DNA of 58,383 nucleotides from Thermotogota bacterium (GTDB lineage: Bacteria; Thermotogota; Thermotogae; MWEM01), in the NCBI GenBank assembly GCA_034659095.1, contig JAYEGQ010000129.1, positions 1-58,383 of the forward strand. The letters run 5' to 3'. Positions within the stretch are counted from its first letter, which is position 1. Each line of letters starts with the position of its first letter. The position numbers and the translations under genes were made by a program. This document shows positions 26,889-36,212 of this stretch, in pieces. The notes under the pieces were generated by a model. That model was not told where the DNA came from. It ran no database searches and saw only the letters and a program-made list of their open reading frames with translations.

Positions 26889-27557
26889 ATGAACAAAAAA
26901 TCTTTCATATTGATTGTTGTAGTTCTGCTTTGTTTTGCTGGGACAAGCTTAGGTATGATGTTTGAGATTGGTGCCGGATACCGCTTTGCACCTTCTGATC
27001 AGACCAAACATGGCATTAACTTGGATGTGGGTTTATTTAATGATTTTAACGATATCATAGAACTGGATGTAACGTATCACCCACAGTTTATCAACTCGGA
27101 ATCGGAAGAATCAGCAACACCGACGATTTTTTGGAATTTTGATATGGATGCCATGATTCCCCTTCTCGGAAGACGTGACGGGATTGAGGGGTATCGTTTT
27201 GGACTTTATTCCACTTTTGAGTTTGGCAGTTTCTATTCTGATTACACCCTTGATGCCACACCGGGTTCATCTGAAGCACAACAGACGGCTTGGGACAGAA
27301 GTGATTACTGGTTCGGTGCAGGTGTCTACGCCCAGTACTTTCTTGATCCTTGGTTGTTTGAGATGTCAATCGGTTTACCGGTAATCAACAGTTATAGTAG
27401 CCAAGATACATTGGATAAGTTTCTCGGCAGTTTTGAATTTAAGACTAGATACTTTATTAAAAGTGAAATTCACGATTTCAAAGATCATTTGTTGGTGGAG
27501 TTTGCGGTTTCCACAAGAAAGATTGGGCTTTCAGTTGTTCTATTGGAGCCTTTTTAA
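26889..27557 (+). CDS. putative outer-envelope beta-barrel protein
   Basis: Signal peptide MNKKSFILIVVVLLCFAGTSLG. Alternating aromatic/polar beta-strand pattern with a C-terminal ...LLEPF. Confidence 0.45.
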   Translation: MNKKSFILIVVVLLCFAGTSLGMMFEIGAGYRFAPSDQTKHGINLDVGLFNDFNDIIELDVTYHPQFINSESEESATPTIFWNFDMDAMIPLLGRRDGIEGYRFGLYSTFEFGSFYSDYTLDATPGSSEAQQTAWDRSDYWFGAGVYAQYFLDPWLFEMSIGLPVINSYSSQDTLDKFLGSFEFKTRYFIKSEIHDFKDHLLVEFAVSTRKIGLSVVLLEPF

Positions 27558-27569
27558 AGGTGGCTATTC

Positions 27570-28298
27570 ATGAAGCTTGAACGTTATATTCAAAAAGCAG
27601 GAGTTACCAGTAGAAGAAAAGCCCCAGAGCTCATTGAATCCGGTCGGGTAAAGGTCAATTCTGAAATTGTCAAGGAATTTTTTAAGGAAGTGGATGGAGA
27701 GAAAGATATCATCGAAGTGGACGGTAAGCCCATTGATTTGGAAAACAAGCGATATTATTTGTTTAACAAACCCACAGGCTATATTACCGCTTTGAAAGAT
27801 CCGTTTAAAACACCTACCATCAATGATTTCCTGAAGAGACATTACAACATAACGGTTAGGGTGCATCCTGTGGGGAGATTGGATAAAGACACCGAAGGTC
27901 TGTTAATTTTAACCAACGACGGTGATTTAACGTACAAGGTTCTTCATCCAAAGATGAAAGTCGAAAAAGAATACTTGGCTAAGGTCCGTGGACTGCCAAG
28001 AGATGAGGATGTAAAACGGTTTAAAAAAGGCATGAAATTAAAACAATTTACAACTGCACCTGCCCGTTTGGAGATAAAAGGATCTGAGGGGAATTTTTCA
28101 TGGATTACCATTGTGATTAGAGAAGGGAAAAAACGTCAAGTAAAGAGAATGTGTTCACATATTGGCCACAAGGTAGTTTATCTAAAGAGAATCCGAGTGG
28201 GAACGTTTACATTATTCGGGATCGAAAAACCCGGTGATTTGAAAGAAATCAGGGAAGATGAAATTGACAAATTTATGATAGAGAATCAAATTGTATGA
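27570..28298 (+). CDS. pseudouridine synthase, RsuA/RluB family
   Basis: S4 domain (MKLERYIQKAGVTSRRKAPELIESGRVKVN) and the catalytic motif GRLDKDTEGLLILTNDG. Confidence 0.85.
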   Translation: MKLERYIQKAGVTSRRKAPELIESGRVKVNSEIVKEFFKEVDGEKDIIEVDGKPIDLENKRYYLFNKPTGYITALKDPFKTPTINDFLKRHYNITVRVHPVGRLDKDTEGLLILTNDGDLTYKVLHPKMKVEKEYLAKVRGLPRDEDVKRFKKGMKLKQFTTAPARLEIKGSEGNFSWITIVIREGKKRQVKRMCSHIGHKVVYLKRIRVGTFTLFGIEKPGDLKEIREDEIDKFMIENQIV

Positions 28299-30574
28299 AG
28301 GGATGTATGTCTTTGAGTATAAAATCGAAAATCATCATCGTATGCCTATTAATGATTACTTTTCTTGGTGGGTTTGTTTTTTCAAAAACAACCAATGAAT
28401 TGCTAATGGAGCTGAAGAGTTTACAACAGCAGATAGAATATGCAAATAACCTAAATGACTTGTCATTGTTGGATGCTTCTTTGGAATCGGTAAACCGTCT
28501 GCTGCTTAACAATCCCGGAAACTTAGATTTTGAAGGGAAGGCGCATGTGGTATTGGCAGATGCTTATTTTTACAAAGGCAGTTATAATCTGGCAATAGAG
28601 GAATATGAAAAGGCCATGGGCGTTTTAATGGAGAGCAGTCCGGAGTACCCATATTCTTTGTACTCTCTTATCTATGCCTATTATTATCTGATTGAAACAT
28701 CTCCCGAAAGTTTGAAGGCGAATTACATTAATCAAGCTATTTTCAATTTGGATAAGCTTTCATCATTTGATGAATACAAACAAGATGCGCTGTTACTCAG
28801 GGGTATGATACTAAAACAAAGAGGCGACTTTTCTGGTGCAGTCACTGCATTTGATCAAATAACCCGGGGCGATCTTACCGGTACGGCATCCTATTACAAA
28901 GGTTTAATTCTTTACGAACAAAAAAACTATCCGGCTGCTATTTTGGCTTTTGAAAAGGCAGCTTCACTTGGTCAGAACAGAGATTTGGTAGCGGCAAGTA
29001 TATACAGAACTATCAACGCCATGATCAATCTGAAGTATTACAAAGAAGCCTTGGAGGAATCCCAGGAATTAGTCAGGGATTTTGGAAGTTCCAGGTATAA
29101 AAATGAAATATTTTCACAACATGTTCAATTGTTGTATAGAACAGGAGACTACAACAACGCAAAAAGGTATATTGAAAACGAGTTACTATCATCCACAGGA
29201 GAAAGAGAAAGAATGGAGGCTTTGAATGTTTTGGGGTGGTTGGCTTATGAAACCGGAAATATATCTGAAGCCATTGCCCAATGGGAAAAGGCAGTTGATA
29301 CGGGTTATGTCAATTACAAACAGGAAGCTTTTGAGATTGCAAAAACATGCCTTCAGGCTTTAGGAGAAAGCAATGATTCAACGAAAACACTAACTTTTCT
29401 TAACAATATTAAATCGAAATTTCCTGAAAAAAAGACTGAATTGGATTTGGAAACCACCAAAGTATATATGAACACCAATCGCTATTCGCAAGCGGAAGTA
29501 TTGCTTAATCAGGTACTTTCAACAGGGATGTATTTTAACGAAGTCAATTATCTGATGGCTGTCTTAAATAAACAACGCAATAATTCACCGGCAGCTTTTG
29601 ATTATATCAGCCGTGTCATAAGTTCCGGGAATAGAGACTACACCTATAAGGGTTATTTATTTGAAGGGGACTTGTATTTCCAATTGGGAAATTATCAAGA
29701 GGCAAAACGATCTTATGAAAACGCCTTGAAAAATGCGAATGAGAAGGAAAGACTGCAAACTATCTTAAATCTGGGTATTGTGGAAATGGAATTGGAGAAT
29801 TACCCGGCAGCTGTTGGGCAATTTAATCAATTGAAACAATACACGGTAGAAGATTTGGATGCCGCCTTGAATGGGGCCTTTTATCTTGCAGAGTGTTATA
29901 CAATGATGGGCGATATCAACAGTGCTGTAAAGCAATATGACTGGATCATCGCAAATGATAAAACCGGACGATATATTTCAACCTCCGTTATGAGAAAATA
30001 TGATTTGATGATTAACAATCCAAATGCGAATCTGGATGCCCTTATACAAGAACTTGACACTCAAATACAAGCTACAACAGAATTAACATTGAAAGATGAA
30101 TTGATGTTCTTAAAAGCAGAAGTTTATATGAAAAAAGGGGATTTGTTAACCGCCTATAATTTTGTTCGAGATATTAATTACGACAGGTTGTCCGCTATTT
30201 CCAAAGCAGCTGTGTTGTATATCAGGGGGAAATATTTTATGAGTCAGGGAAATGAACCTCAGATGATTACCAATTTTGATACCTTGATATCTGATTTCCC
30301 AAAATCCCCAAAAACCCCGTGGGCCATGCAGGATTACGCGCTGTTTTATTATAACGCGCAGAATTATAATCAAGCAAAGAATATCTTCTTTAATTTGTTG
30401 ACAAAGTATCCGGATTTTCAAAAGGTTGATGTGGCTTATTTTTACATTGGACTATGTTATGAAAAGATGGCTGAAAACGATAAAGCAAAACAAATTTTCA
30501 CCGATTTCCTTGAAAAATTTCCGAATTCATCTCGTAAAACAGAAGTCCAGCAACATTTAAGTTGGCTTGATTGA
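28295..30574 (+). CDS. TPR-repeat protein with N-terminal signal/anchor
   Basis: Hydrophobic N-terminus IIIVCLLMITFLGGFVF. Many 34-aa A..Y...G.Y..A...F-type repeats. ATGA overlap with the preceding gene. Confidence 0.7.
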   Translation: MKGCMSLSIKSKIIIVCLLMITFLGGFVFSKTTNELLMELKSLQQQIEYANNLNDLSLLDASLESVNRLLLNNPGNLDFEGKAHVVLADAYFYKGSYNLAIEEYEKAMGVLMESSPEYPYSLYSLIYAYYYLIETSPESLKANYINQAIFNLDKLSSFDEYKQDALLLRGMILKQRGDFSGAVTAFDQITRGDLTGTASYYKGLILYEQKNYPAAILAFEKAASLGQNRDLVAASIYRTINAMINLKYYKEALEESQELVRDFGSSRYKNEIFSQHVQLLYRTGDYNNAKRYIENELLSSTGERERMEALNVLGWLAYETGNISEAIAQWEKAVDTGYVNYKQEAFEIAKTCLQALGESNDSTKTLTFLNNIKSKFPEKKTELDLETTKVYMNTNRYSQAEVLLNQVLSTGMYFNEVNYLMAVLNKQRNNSPAAFDYISRVISSGNRDYTYKGYLFEGDLYFQLGNYQEAKRSYENALKNANEKERLQTILNLGIVEMELENYPAAVGQFNQLKQYTVEDLDAALNGAFYLAECYTMMGDINSAVKQYDWIIANDKTGRYISTSVMRKYDLMINNPNANLDALIQELDTQIQATTELTLKDELMFLKAEVYMKKGDLLTAYNFVRDINYDRLSAISKAAVLYIRGKYFMSQGNEPQMITNFDTLISDFPKSPKTPWAMQDYALFYYNAQNYNQAKNIFFNLLTKYPDFQKVDVAYFYIGLCYEKMAENDKAKQIFTDFLEKFPNSSRKTEVQQHLSWLD

Positions 30575-31596
30575 GGGAGAGTGAACATTCTTTGAGTACA
30601 CAGGAACATTTACGCGCTTATGGGAAGCTTAATTTGTATTTGGATGTCCTGGATAAAAGACCCGATGGTTTTCATGATATTATCACGCTTTTTCAAAGAA
30701 TAGAGATACACGATGATATTTATATCGTTGAAAATGGTGTTAAGGATAATACCTTTAAGGTATTTTATGAAGAACAGATTCCATTCAAACCGGATTTGAA
30801 ATGGAATGAAAAAAACACTTTGTTTCGTGTTTTAACAGCTGTAGAGAAGCATATAGGAAAAAAAATAAATGGATATGATATTACTTTAACAAAAAGGTTA
30901 CCCCCTGAATCCGGTTTGGGAGGCGCCAGTTCAGATGCCGCGGAGTTAATCAAATATTTTTCTGCCAAATACGACATTCCATTTGAAAGCATGTTGGAAA
31001 TCGCAGAGCAAATCGGTTCAGATGTACCCTTTTTCCTTTATGGTAATACCGCTTTGGGGAGGGGCAGAGGTGATAAAATCAAACCACTTGATTCCCTGCC
31101 TCCTTATCCTGTGATAGTATGTCAGCCAAGTGTAACCTTTTCGACTCCAAAAATGTATTCCATTATCGATTCTTTGAGATTTGAGGATTGGGATAATGTG
31201 GAAGATGTGGAACATGTGACCGATTTCGATGATGATCATGTTGAAGAGGCGATCAACGACCCCGTTTTGGATGATTGGGAAGATGAGGATGTGGAATCCT
31301 GGGTACCTGAAGAGGAACTTTACAGGACTTATGACGCTCTTAAAGAGGGTGAGACCACGTTGACCTTCAACGATTTCGAAAAGGCTGCGGAGGAACTGGA
31401 GTTACCAACATATGAGACATTCATGGAGAAGTTTACAGACATCAAGTGTGAAGATTTAATCTTAAAAGGAATGACAGGATCCGGGTCTGCACATTTTTTG
31501 GTGTTTAACAACACCATTAATCCGGATGTGCTTGAAGCAATGGCAAATAATTTGAAAGGGACGACCCTTTGGGTAAAGAAAACGAATTTTTTTTGA
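30571..31596 (+). CDS. ispE: 4-diphosphocytidyl-2-C-methyl-D-erythritol kinase with an acidic insertion
   Basis: AYGKLNLYLDVLDKRPDGFHDI, GHMP motif PPESGLGGASSDAA, GSDVPFF, MTGSGSA. The likely start is TTG at 30592, after GAGGGAGAG. Confidence 0.85.
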   Translation: MRESEHSLSTQEHLRAYGKLNLYLDVLDKRPDGFHDIITLFQRIEIHDDIYIVENGVKDNTFKVFYEEQIPFKPDLKWNEKNTLFRVLTAVEKHIGKKINGYDITLTKRLPPESGLGGASSDAAELIKYFSAKYDIPFESMLEIAEQIGSDVPFFLYGNTALGRGRGDKIKPLDSLPPYPVIVCQPSVTFSTPKMYSIIDSLRFEDWDNVEDVEHVTDFDDDHVEEAINDPVLDDWEDEDVESWVPEEELYRTYDALKEGETTLTFNDFEKAAEELELPTYETFMEKFTDIKCEDLILKGMTGSGSAHFLVFNNTINPDVLEAMANNLKGTTLWVKKTNFF

Positions 31597-31623
31597 TCAA
31601 GAACTAATTAATAAAATTGTTAC

Positions 31624-31651
31624 TTGGTGATTCTTTTGACTATGATATAAT
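31624..31651 (+). promoter_or_regulatory. promoter of the rpsF-ssb-rpsR operon
   Basis: TTGGTG, 16-nt spacer, TG (31643-31644), TATAAT (31646-31651). Confidence 0.5.
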
Positions 31652-31712
31652 CATAGGGCAAATCCTGTTTTCACGAATAAAGTGAAGACCAAAAGACCGT
31701 AGGAGGTAAAAA

Positions 31713-32150
31713 GTGAGAATTTATGAATTAATGTTTATCACCGATCCGAGACTCCCGGATGAACAAAGGGAAGAGGGAGTTGAAAGGGTTAAAAAGGTGA
31801 TTGAGGAACGCGTTAACGGTAAGGTTGAGAAAGTGGACCGATGGGGTATTAGGAAACTGGCTTATACCCTCCCAAAAAGTAAATTGGATGAAGGCGATTA
31901 CACCGTCATTCTTTTCAGAGCGGATGGTTCAGAGTTGGAACCTCTTGAAAATTTGTTCCATGTATCCCCTGAATTTATTCGAAAGCAAATCGTCAGAAGA
32001 GAGGATATTGAAAAGGAAGAGAGAAAAAAGGTCATTCAAAATCGTCTGAACGGTACCGTTGAAATTGAGGACACTTCAGAGGAAGTTGTAGAAGAAGCTG
32101 TTCAAGAAGACACTGAACCTGAATTTGATGTAGAGGAAAAAGGCGAATAA
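31713..32150 (+). CDS. rpsF: 30S ribosomal protein S6 with acidic C-terminal tail
   Basis: GTG start after AGGAGGT. RIYELMFI...WGIRKLAY motif. Confidence 0.9.
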   Translation: MRIYELMFITDPRLPDEQREEGVERVKKVIEERVNGKVEKVDRWGIRKLAYTLPKSKLDEGDYTVILFRADGSELEPLENLFHVSPEFIRKQIVRREDIEKEERKKVIQNRLNGTVEIEDTSEEVVEEAVQEDTEPEFDVEEKGE

Positions 32151-32153
32151 ATC

Positions 32154-32627
32154 ATGTCAATCAGTTATAACAAGGTAATTTTGGTGGGAAGACTAACTGC
32201 TGATCCTCAAGTTTCATACGCTTCAAATGGGACGATGATTGCAAAGTTTACCTTGGCAGTTGACAGGCAGTTCAAACGAAATTCACAGAACAGTCAGGAT
32301 GCAGATTTTCTTAGAATTGTTGCTTTTGGAAAATTAGCAGAATTTGTCAACAATTACCTTTCAAAGGGTCGGCTGATAATGGCTGAGGGAAGAATCCAGA
32401 CCTCCCGATTCCAAGGAGCAGATGGTATCACAAAGTATTTTACTGATATCATTGCCGAAAAACTCAACTTTATGGAAACAAAGAAGAGGGCTCAGGAATA
32501 CGACAGTAAGGGTGGCGGTTCTTACGATACGCCCAACAGACCTTTTGACAACGATGATATGATTACGAATAACGAAGAGGTTTTTGACGGACCCGGTGAA
32601 TCAGAAGACGACGAAGTGCCGTTTTGA
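32154..32627 (+). CDS. ssb: single-stranded DNA-binding protein
   Basis: YNKVILVGRLTADP OB-fold N-terminus with the acidic tip DDEVPF. Confidence 0.9.
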   Translation: MSISYNKVILVGRLTADPQVSYASNGTMIAKFTLAVDRQFKRNSQNSQDADFLRIVAFGKLAEFVNNYLSKGRLIMAEGRIQTSRFQGADGITKYFTDIIAEKLNFMETKKRAQEYDSKGGGSYDTPNRPFDNDDMITNNEEVFDGPGESEDDEVPF

Positions 32628-32651
32628 TAAAAGGAATGAGGAGGAAAGTAA

Positions 32652-32909
32652 ATGGCTCAAAACACAAATAGAGGAAGAAACACAAGAAATCAGAAATTCA
32701 GAAGAAGAAAAAGAAGGAAGTGTGCTCTTTGTGCAAAAGGCACAAATTTTGTCGATTATAAGGATTTAAACTTCTTAAAAGAATATGTCTCCGATAAAGG
32801 GAGAATAATTCCCAGAAGGATAAACGGCAGTTGTGCAAAACATCAAAGAACAATTAAAACTGCTATTAAAAGAGCAAGACAGATGGCTTTACTTCCATAT
32901 ACCAGATAA
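32652..32909 (+). CDS. rpsR: 30S ribosomal protein S18
   Basis: DYKDLNFLKEYVSDKGRIIPRRINGSCAKHQR is the S18 signature. Confidence 0.9.
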   Translation: MAQNTNRGRNTRNQKFRRRKRRKCALCAKGTNFVDYKDLNFLKEYVSDKGRIIPRRINGSCAKHQRTIKTAIKRARQMALLPYTR

Positions 32910-32929
32910 TAGTATGATTTTCTGTTTTA

Positions 32930-32938
32930 TGGTATAAT
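32930..32938 (+). promoter_or_regulatory. extended -10 promoter candidate upstream of the glpA-like operon
   Basis: TGGTATAAT, 21 nt after the rpsR stop. Confidence 0.4.
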
Positions 32939-32985
32939 AAATTGTAGTATTAAAAAAATTGAATACCATTAGGGCATAAGAGAAT

Positions 32986-33034
32986 AAAAGACGCCTCGTT
33001 GATTCGTATCATCGCGGTGTCTTTTTGTTTTTTT
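32986..33034 (+). terminator. intrinsic terminator (rpsR operon end and/or leader attenuator of the next operon)
   Basis: AAAAGACGCC pairs with GGTGTCTTTT (one G-U pair) around a 20-nt loop. It is followed by TGTTTTTTT, and an SD-ATG follows immediately. Confidence 0.55.
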
Positions 33035-33049
33035 AACGGGAGGAGAATT

Positions 33050-34510
33050 ATGAATGACATACCAAAAGTGGTTGTGATTGGAGCGGGAGTAGTTGGATCA
33101 CTGATTGCACGAGAACTGACGAAGTACAACTGTTGTGTGACCCTTATTGATAAGGAAGAAGATGCGGGATGGGGTGTTACCAAGGCGAATTCAGCTATTG
33201 TTCATGGTGGTTATGATGATCCTGTTAACTCCGTACGAGGACGTTTTGCCGCCAAGGGAAATAAAATGTACACGAAATTAGCCAAAGAATTGGGTTTTGA
33301 TCTGAAACGAATTGGTTCCTATGTTCTTGCCTTTGAAGATGGAGAATTGCCTCATCTGGATGAACTAATGGAAAAGGCAGAGGGAAACAAAGTTGAAGGT
33401 TGTGAGATACATGATAGAGCTGAAATCATAAAAAGAAACCCAAACATCAACGAATCCGTCAAGGCCGGTTTTTGGTGTCCCTCAGCGGGAATTACAGAGC
33501 CATGGATGGTTGCCATCGCAGCGGTTGAAAATGCCGTTTTAAATGGGATGGAATTTAAACCTGGTGAAACAGTTATTGATATTGAAACTGCTGAAAATGA
33601 AATCGGGAAAACTGTAAAGATTGTCAAAACAGATAAAGAAGAATATCCTTGCGATATTGTGATTAATGCAGCAGGGCTTTATGCTGATAAGATCGCTCAG
33701 ATGGCAGGTGCTCATTGCCCTGTTTTGCATCCCAGAAAAGGGGAATACATCCTTTTGGATAAAAAACTTGGTCCAATCGTGACAAACATTTTATTTCCTG
33801 TACCCACAAAGCAATCAAAAGGAGTGCTTGTTCTTCCTACCGTAGACGGAGGTATATTACTTGGCCCAACGGCAAAAGATATGGATGTAGATCAAAAGGA
33901 AGATACTTCAACAAGTTCAGAAGGATTAAATGAAGTCAGGCGTAAAACCTCCTCAATGGTTAATGGTTTAGATTTTTCTCAAACAGTGAAGATATTTGCC
34001 GGATTAAGACCGGAAGACCCCCAAAAGGATTTTGTCATCGGAAGAACGAATATCAAAGGTTTTATCAATGCAGCAGCCATGAGATCCCCCGGATTAACCG
34101 CAGCACCTGCTATAGCAGAATATCTGGTTGAGAAAGTTATTATTGAAGAGGCCGGGGTTTCATTGGATAAAAGACCTGACTTCAACCCTGTACTGGATCC
34201 TTACCCCGCACTACCAGAGGATGATCCTCAGGTATGGGAAGAAATGGTTCAGAAAGACGAACGATACGGAAAAGTGGTCTGTGTTTGTAACAAAATCACC
34301 GAAGCTCAAATCGTTGAGGCAATACACAGGGGGGCAAGAACCATTGATGGTGTGAAGTTTAGAACAAGAGCCGGTTTTGGCAGGTGTCAGGGAGGATTTT
34401 GTCTAGCGAGAATAGCCGAAATATTGGCCAGGGAATTGGATAAACCGTTGAATGAAATAAAATACAGGACCGGCAACACAAAGTTGTTATCCGGGAAGGT
34501 GAGAACATGA
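33050..34510 (+). CDS. FAD-dependent oxidoreductase (GlpA/GlpD-like) with C-terminal BFD-like [2Fe-2S] domain
   Basis: VVVIGAGVVGSLIARE dinucleotide fold. C-terminal CVCNKITEAQIVEAI...GRCQGGFC. Confidence 0.75.
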   Translation: MNDIPKVVVIGAGVVGSLIARELTKYNCCVTLIDKEEDAGWGVTKANSAIVHGGYDDPVNSVRGRFAAKGNKMYTKLAKELGFDLKRIGSYVLAFEDGELPHLDELMEKAEGNKVEGCEIHDRAEIIKRNPNINESVKAGFWCPSAGITEPWMVAIAAVENAVLNGMEFKPGETVIDIETAENEIGKTVKIVKTDKEEYPCDIVINAAGLYADKIAQMAGAHCPVLHPRKGEYILLDKKLGPIVTNILFPVPTKQSKGVLVLPTVDGGILLGPTAKDMDVDQKEDTSTSSEGLNEVRRKTSSMVNGLDFSQTVKIFAGLRPEDPQKDFVIGRTNIKGFINAAAMRSPGLTAAPAIAEYLVEKVIIEEAGVSLDKRPDFNPVLDPYPALPEDDPQVWEEMVQKDERYGKVVCVCNKITEAQIVEAIHRGARTIDGVKFRTRAGFGRCQGGFCLARIAEILARELDKPLNEIKYRTGNTKLLSGKVRT

Positions 34511-35760
34511 GAGAGATAAAACTGGATGCATTGGTTATTGGCGGTGGAGCAGCTGGTATGGCAGCCGCAGTGGAGTTGACACGACAGGGATGTGAGACCA
34601 TCTTAATAGAACGTGAAGAAAGAACCGGCGGTGTTTTAAATCAGTGTATTCATAATGGTTTTGGCCTTCACGTTTTTCAAGAGGAACTCACCGGTCCCGA
34701 ATACGCCGATCGGTATAAGCATCAAATATCTCAAAATGACATCACCGTTCATTCCGATAAGTTTGTTCTGAAAGTTGATCCGGATAAAAAAGAAGTTATT
34801 ACAGTAGGAGTAGAGGGAGTAACCTGTTATAAGCCAAAGGCTTTGGTCATGACAACCGGTGCCAGAGAAAGACCCTTTAGTAACCTGAGAATTCCCGGAA
34901 CCAGACCAGCAGGTATCTATACAGCCGGAGTAGCGCAGAAATTCGTCAACCTGCAGAATTATCTACCCGGAAAAGATGCTTATGTCTTAGGTTCAGGTGA
35001 CATTGGTTTGATTATGGCCAGACGTCTGACACTTGAAGGGATGGATGTCCTTGGTGTTGCAGAATTGATGCCCCATTCCGGAGGACTAGCAAGAAACATC
35101 GCCCAATGCCTGGATGATTTTGATATCCCTCTGGAACTCTCAACCAGTGTGGTTGAAGTCCACGGCAAAGAACGTCTTGAGTCTATTACCCTGATGAATT
35201 TTACTGCTGATACCATGCAGCCAATAAACGGAACAGAGCGGGAAGTAAAATGTGATACCCTTATCCTTTCTGTTGGCTTGTTGCCTGAAAATGAACTCAT
35301 TGAAGATTATGTGAAAGATGATCCTGTGAATAAAGGGGTAATGGTGGATTCTCATCAACGAACTACTAATCCGTGGATATTTGCAGCTGGAAACAACGTG
35401 GCTGTTTACGATTTGGTGGACTTTGTAACACTAGAAGGCATTGAAGCAGGAAAGGCAGCCGCCCTGATGATAAAAGAAGGCTTTAAAGAATGCAAACAGA
35501 TACCGGTAAAAAGAGGAAAAAATATTGGAGCTCTAACGCCTCTTTTTTGTTGTCTTGATGACAACCCCTTTAAATTTTATATCCGGCCCACCAAGAACAT
35601 GGACAAAGGCCGGGTGAAAATTGGTCCGGATATCATCCAAAAGGTTGAATTAGGGTTAAAACCCAGCGAGATGGTGGATATTCATATCACAAATGAGCAT
35701 AAGGAAAAGATTAAAGAGTTGGAACTTGAAGAGATCCTTGTTGAGATTGAGGAGGTATAA
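34507..35760 (+). CDS. NAD(P)/FAD-dependent oxidoreductase, partner subunit
   Basis: ALVIGGGAAGMAAA and a second fold, AYVLGSGDIGLIMA. ATGA overlap with the preceding gene. Confidence 0.7.
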   Translation: MREIKLDALVIGGGAAGMAAAVELTRQGCETILIEREERTGGVLNQCIHNGFGLHVFQEELTGPEYADRYKHQISQNDITVHSDKFVLKVDPDKKEVITVGVEGVTCYKPKALVMTTGARERPFSNLRIPGTRPAGIYTAGVAQKFVNLQNYLPGKDAYVLGSGDIGLIMARRLTLEGMDVLGVAELMPHSGGLARNIAQCLDDFDIPLELSTSVVEVHGKERLESITLMNFTADTMQPINGTEREVKCDTLILSVGLLPENELIEDYVKDDPVNKGVMVDSHQRTTNPWIFAAGNNVAVYDLVDFVTLEGIEAGKAAALMIKEGFKECKQIPVKRGKNIGALTPLFCCLDDNPFKFYIRPTKNMDKGRVKIGPDIIQKVELGLKPSEMVDIHITNEHKEKIKELELEEILVEIEEV

Positions 35761-36125
35761 TGATGGAAAAAAGAAAAATAACTTGTATCTCCTGTCCGCT
35801 GGGCTGTGAGATGGAAGCCGAAATAGATGGCGACGAGATTACAATAAAGGGAAACAGATGCCCCAGGGGAAAAGAATACGCCCTTAACGAAATAAAAGAT
35901 CCCAGGCGAGTAGTTACGTCCAATGTTAAAGTAGTCAATGGGGAGTTTCCCCTGGCCAGTGTGAAAACAACAGGAGCAATACCCAAGGCAAAAATCTTTT
36001 CACTCATAGAAAAGCTCCGTGAAGTTGAACTGGAAGCACCGGTGAATATCGGGCAAGTGGTTTATAGAAATCTTTTTGATACCGGATTTGATGTTGTAGT
36101 AACGAGGCCGGTGGAGAAACGGTAA
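35760..36125 (+). CDS. DUF1667-type small Cys-rich protein
   Basis: ITCISCPLGCEMEAE...GNRCPRGKEYA. It is the third gene of the trio, as in the T. maritima TM1432-1434 arrangement (from memory). Confidence 0.65.
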   Translation: MMEKRKITCISCPLGCEMEAEIDGDEITIKGNRCPRGKEYALNEIKDPRRVVTSNVKVVNGEFPLASVKTTGAIPKAKIFSLIEKLREVELEAPVNIGQVVYRNLFDTGFDVVVTRPVEKR

Positions 36126-36197
36126 ACGGGAAAAATGAATAATTGATGAAACAAAAAACCCCGAACCCCTCATAAAAAGAGGGAAAAAAGGATAAAT

Positions 36198-36206
36198 ATG
36201 GTATAA
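36198..36206 (+). promoter_or_regulatory. extended -10 promoter with no ORF behind it
   Basis: TGGTATAAT in the 370-nt non-coding gap. Confidence 0.4.
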
Positions 36207-36212
36207 TAAATG

